Origin: a virus
IMG/VR virus record: IMGVR_UViG_3300036770_001423
Location: 30,297-94,296 of that record
DNA length: 64,000 bases
Strand: one strand, 5' to 3'
The first letter of the stretch is position 1, and each line of letters begins with the position of its first letter. The position numbers were made by a program, and so were the translations under genes. The notes beneath the pieces were generated by a model. That model saw only the letters and a list, made by a program, of their open reading frames with translations, searched no databases and was not told where the DNA came from. Shown here piece after piece: positions 61,071 through 64,000 of the stretch.

Positions 61071-61173
61071 TTTATTAAGCTAATACCTAAACAAACCCTT
61101 GACACAGGAATTGAAGTTGTGTAGAATAAGAGCCTGACAACACGTTCCTGTGTCAATAATGAGGGGAGAAATT

Positions 61174-61773
61174 ATGAGTGAATTAAAGTTTCCGTTTAAG
61201 TTTCGTGCATTTGATTCATACCCAATTTATACGGCTAAATATTCTGAGAAATATTATGTTGAAATTTCTTGGTACAATGACGAAGGTGAACTCAGAACAC
61301 GTATGTATAATTTAGCAGATGTTGCAGAAAACGTAGCAAGAAATATATGGCGGATAGAAAAGCCTGATCAAACAGACCCTGACGTAACCATCAAGCAATC
61401 TGAAGTAGATGCTTATGTTGACGAAATCAACATGCTTCGTGAGCTTGTTGCTGAGATTACATTAGAAGCAGACGTCAATTCATTAGAACAGCAAGCAGAA
61501 GCTTTCCGTGTTCTTAATGATAAGATGCTTAGTCATCAGTCTTACAAACAGGGAGATGGTGGTTCTACACGAATCGGTGAATTGTCGAAGCAACTGGATA
61601 CGTTGTTTGCTGCATATGATAGTTTGGCTGGTAAACAGAAAGAACAAACCTTCAAACCAATTTCAGAAATGACTCTTGAAGATTGGCAACAGGCTTTGGA
61701 AGAAGGTGCTGTGTTTGAATATCATGATGGTTCTACGCTAACTGTATTGGAAGTAAATACCATATTTTTTTGA
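61174..61773 (+). CDS. Hypothetical protein, possibly frameshifted at a T7 run (extension to 61867)
   Basis: Ends ATA TTT TTT TGA; the +1 frame stays open to TAA 61867. Confidence 0.6.
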   Translation: MSELKFPFKFRAFDSYPIYTAKYSEKYYVEISWYNDEGELRTRMYNLADVAENVARNIWRIEKPDQTDPDVTIKQSEVDAYVDEINMLRELVAEITLEADVNSLEQQAEAFRVLNDKMLSHQSYKQGDGGSTRIGELSKQLDTLFAAYDSLAGKQKEQTFKPISEMTLEDWQQALEEGAVFEYHDGSTLTVLEVNTIFF

Positions 61774-61877
61774 ACCACGTATAGGTTTCCAAGAACAGGC
61801 GTTTCTTTTCAGTAAAGACGGCAGTAATTTGGAAAGCGGTTACAGAATTAAACGTCGTATTAAATAAGGAGAGAATA

Positions 61878-62300
61878 GTGAACGAATTACAACGAACTTT
61901 AGAGTGGTTTCAGTTAGCCGTACCTAACCCGACAGACAAGAATAAATCTGTTCAGGTAGGGTGCTTCTTTGAGGAAGTTTCAGAAGTAGTCGAAGCATTA
62001 GGAGATTATTCATCCCAATATGGACTGATAAGTGACATGGCACATGACTATAAAACCTATGAGGGTAAGATTCACCTGACCCCACAGCAACGCCTTGAGT
62101 TATTAGATGGACTTTGTGATGTGATTGTCACTGCTGTAGGTGTAGCCCATATGTTTGATATGGATATTCTCGGCGCTATGTCAGAAGTTAATCGTAGTAA
62201 CTTTAGTAAGTTTGTTGATGGTAAACCCGTGTTCAACGAACAAGGTAAAATTGCTAAACCAGTAACATTCTCCCAACCTAATCTGGAGCAGTTCGTATGA
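61878..62300 (+). CDS. MazG-like/PRA-PH nucleotide pyrophosphohydrolase
   Basis: EEVSE, ELLDGLCD, EV.RSN.SK, GKI.KP. Confidence 0.85.
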   Translation: MNELQRTLEWFQLAVPNPTDKNKSVQVGCFFEEVSEVVEALGDYSSQYGLISDMAHDYKTYEGKIHLTPQQRLELLDGLCDVIVTAVGVAHMFDMDILGAMSEVNRSNFSKFVDGKPVFNEQGKIAKPVTFSQPNLEQFV

Positions 62301-62488
62301 TTGAACCAATTATCACTGAATGGCGGTTTGAATATGTATCAACAAATCATAGTGTATTTCGTGGAGTGATTAAGGCTGTTAGTGTTGACAACAGAAATAC
62401 ACAAATGCTATCATTGCTCTATAAACGGTATCGCAGAAAGCTGCCGTTAGATGGTGTGCAGTTTGTTGAGTTAACCGATAAGTTTTAA
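62297..62488 (+). CDS. Hypothetical protein
   Basis: ATGA overlap. Confidence 0.5.
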   Translation: MIEPIITEWRFEYVSTNHSVFRGVIKAVSVDNRNTQMLSLLYKRYRRKLPLDGVQFVELTDKF

Positions 62489-62499
62489 GGAGAGTAGTT

Positions 62500-63192
62500 T
62501 TGGAAGTAAAACATTTTAAAGATAAGTTAGAAGTTACCGCAATCGGCATCACCACACCTCTAGTAGATTATATTCCAGATAGCGAAGGTTTAATCAGTTA
62601 TCAGGCTCGTGTCAGCAATGAAGGGACTCAACTAGAATTTGAGACAGCGGATCGCTTATTAGCATACTGCGCTCGTATGGGTCATTGGTCTATCTTTGAT
62701 ATGTCAAACTTAGTCATTGAGATTAAAGCCCCTCGTGATATTAGTCGTCAAGTGTTGAGACATAGTTCGGCTAAGTTTCAGGAATTCAGTCAACGGTATG
62801 CCGATGTAACAGATGATATGTTCTGTCTGCGAGAGTTACGTAAACAAGATACGAAGAATCGTCAGAACTCAATCGCCGGAGCATTTACGTCAGAGGAAGA
62901 AGCTGAATGGTACGCTGATCAAGAAGAAGTTATTCAACTGATTCAATCTAAAGTTAAGAAGTGGCGCAGCCGTGATGCTGCAAAAGAATGCACTCGTGTA
63001 TTTATGCCGGAAGGTCTTACCATGTCAAAGATGTATATGAACGGGACTGTTCGCACTTGGATTCATTACACAGGACTTCGTAAGAAGCGTGGAGAGACAC
63101 AAGCTGAACATTGTGATGTAGCTGATAAGTGTCGTGAGTATTTGTTGAAACACTTCCCTGCGTTGTGTAAAGTATTAACGGAGCAACAATGA
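62500..63192 (+). CDS. thyX: Flavin-dependent thymidylate synthase
   Basis: ARVS, GHWS, RQVLRH...FQEFSQRY, NRQNS, KE..R, TQ.EH. Confidence 0.92.
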   Translation: MEVKHFKDKLEVTAIGITTPLVDYIPDSEGLISYQARVSNEGTQLEFETADRLLAYCARMGHWSIFDMSNLVIEIKAPRDISRQVLRHSSAKFQEFSQRYADVTDDMFCLRELRKQDTKNRQNSIAGAFTSEEEAEWYADQEEVIQLIQSKVKKWRSRDAAKECTRVFMPEGLTMSKMYMNGTVRTWIHYTGLRKKRGETQAEHCDVADKCREYLLKHFPALCKVLTEQQ

Positions 63193-63560
63193 TGCAGTTG
63201 AAAGACCTCCCAAAAATTGATGATATTTACTATGACTACAATTACAATGTAGCATTAGTTGATTTAGCTAACACAGAAGTATGTAAGCAAGGGTATTGCG
63301 CTACACAAGACGATAAACTGATTAAAGCTATGCTTCACTTATTTGGTGTCGATGTGAATCGCCCGTATGAACGTTTAGAGTTAGCTGATGGACAAACGTT
63401 TCGTTCTCCTATTACTAACCTTGAACAGACAGGCGGTTATATCTACTCAGGTTATGAACGTTCAGATGAAGCGTGGAAGAAACGTGGTAAAGACAATATG
63501 GTGAAGTATCTGTTCGGGTACAATGAAGAATTTTTTAAAGCATTAGGATTGAAGGAGTAA
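63189..63560 (+). CDS. Hypothetical protein
   Basis: GGAG RBS. Confidence 0.6.
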   Translation: MMQLKDLPKIDDIYYDYNYNVALVDLANTEVCKQGYCATQDDKLIKAMLHLFGVDVNRPYERLELADGQTFRSPITNLEQTGGYIYSGYERSDEAWKKRGKDNMVKYLFGYNEEFFKALGLKE

Positions 63561-63562
63561 AG

Positions 63563-63763
63563 ATGTATTCTGAAGGGCTGGTAGTATTTAGTAAAAATGT
63601 ATGTCCTAATTGTGTTACTGTGAAGAATAAGCTTAAAGCTCAGGGGAAAGAGTTCACAGAGATTAAGTTAGAAGAAAACCCAGAAGCATTGGTATTTTTG
63701 AAAGAACAAGGTTTTCGTTCTGTTCCTGTAGTGATGCAGGATGGTGTAGTGGTGGCAGTATGA
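63563..63763 (+). CDS. Glutaredoxin (NrdH-like)
   Basis: CPNC, RSVPVV. Confidence 0.88.
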   Translation: MYSEGLVVFSKNVCPNCVTVKNKLKAQGKEFTEIKLEENPEALVFLKEQGFRSVPVVMQDGVVVAV

Positions 63764-64000
63764 TTAGTTCAGTAACTAAGCGTAACGGTGAAGTGGTCCC
63801 GTTCGACACAGACAAGTTTAATCGCTGGGCTGAATATGCAACAGAGGTTGGTGGTAATTGGTCAGACATCGCATTTGAAACTTATAAGAAACTGACAGAT
63901 AAAATCTCTACGATTGACATTCACCAAACGATGATTGATGTTTGTATTGACAAAGAGACTCTTGAGTATAGTCGTGTAGCAAGTCGTTTAGAGTTTGCTA
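63760..64000 (+). CDS. nrdA: Ribonucleotide reductase alpha subunit, 5' part (ATP cone); runs off the window
   Basis: MISSVTKRNGEVVPFDTDK...IHQTMI...YSRVASRL. Confidence 0.8.
   Translation, partial: MISSVTKRNGEVVPFDTDKFNRWAEYATEVGGNWSDIAFETYKKLTDKISTIDIHQTMIDVCIDKETLEYSRVASRLEFA

Noticed and set aside
158-63869. Numerous antisense or alternate-frame ORFs in the track (e.g. 261-566, 30321-30710, 42630-43112, 55097-55387)
   Set aside because: They are shadows of well-supported genes, with no RBS or motifs; only the o-spanin is accepted as nested.

Overview
This is a 64-kb slice of a lytic, AT-rich, tailed dsDNA phage, probably infecting a Gammaproteobacterium. Gene content and order resemble ICP1-, Barba- and PAK_P1-like myoviruses; this is recalled from family knowledge, not from a search. 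(1) 1-11.5 kb, minus strand: head and packaging genes. The large terminase is split by two ORF-less group I introns, one in the Walker A motif and one in the Walker B motif. A free-standing multi-repeat endonuclease with a structured leader lies upstream. Further on are a TerS candidate and an HTH gene paired with an exonuclease-less PolA-fold protein. (2) 11.7-29.5 kb, mostly plus strand: an isolated tailspike, a nucleotidyltransferase, Dam, PhoH, ClpP, dNMP kinase, a phosphoesterase, DNA ligase, nested spanins, a SLOG/DprA-like protein and many small ORFs. (3) 29.5-40.7 kb, minus strand: a T5orf172 nuclease, a helicase-like origin-binding candidate, a 1.4-kb repeat-rich non-coding region, a block of early-type genes and an Srd-like gene. 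(4) 40.8-64 kb, plus strand: a ~480-nt structured non-coding RNA candidate directly in front of an HNH nuclease, RNA ligase plus Pnkp, primase-helicase, a B-family polymerase split by an intron-less HNH gene, SSB, exonucleases, a MazG-like pyrophosphatase, ThyX, glutaredoxin and the 5' end of nrdA. About ten endonuclease genes are present. I saw no tRNA, rRNA, CRISPR array or integrase. All product calls come from reading motifs by eye.
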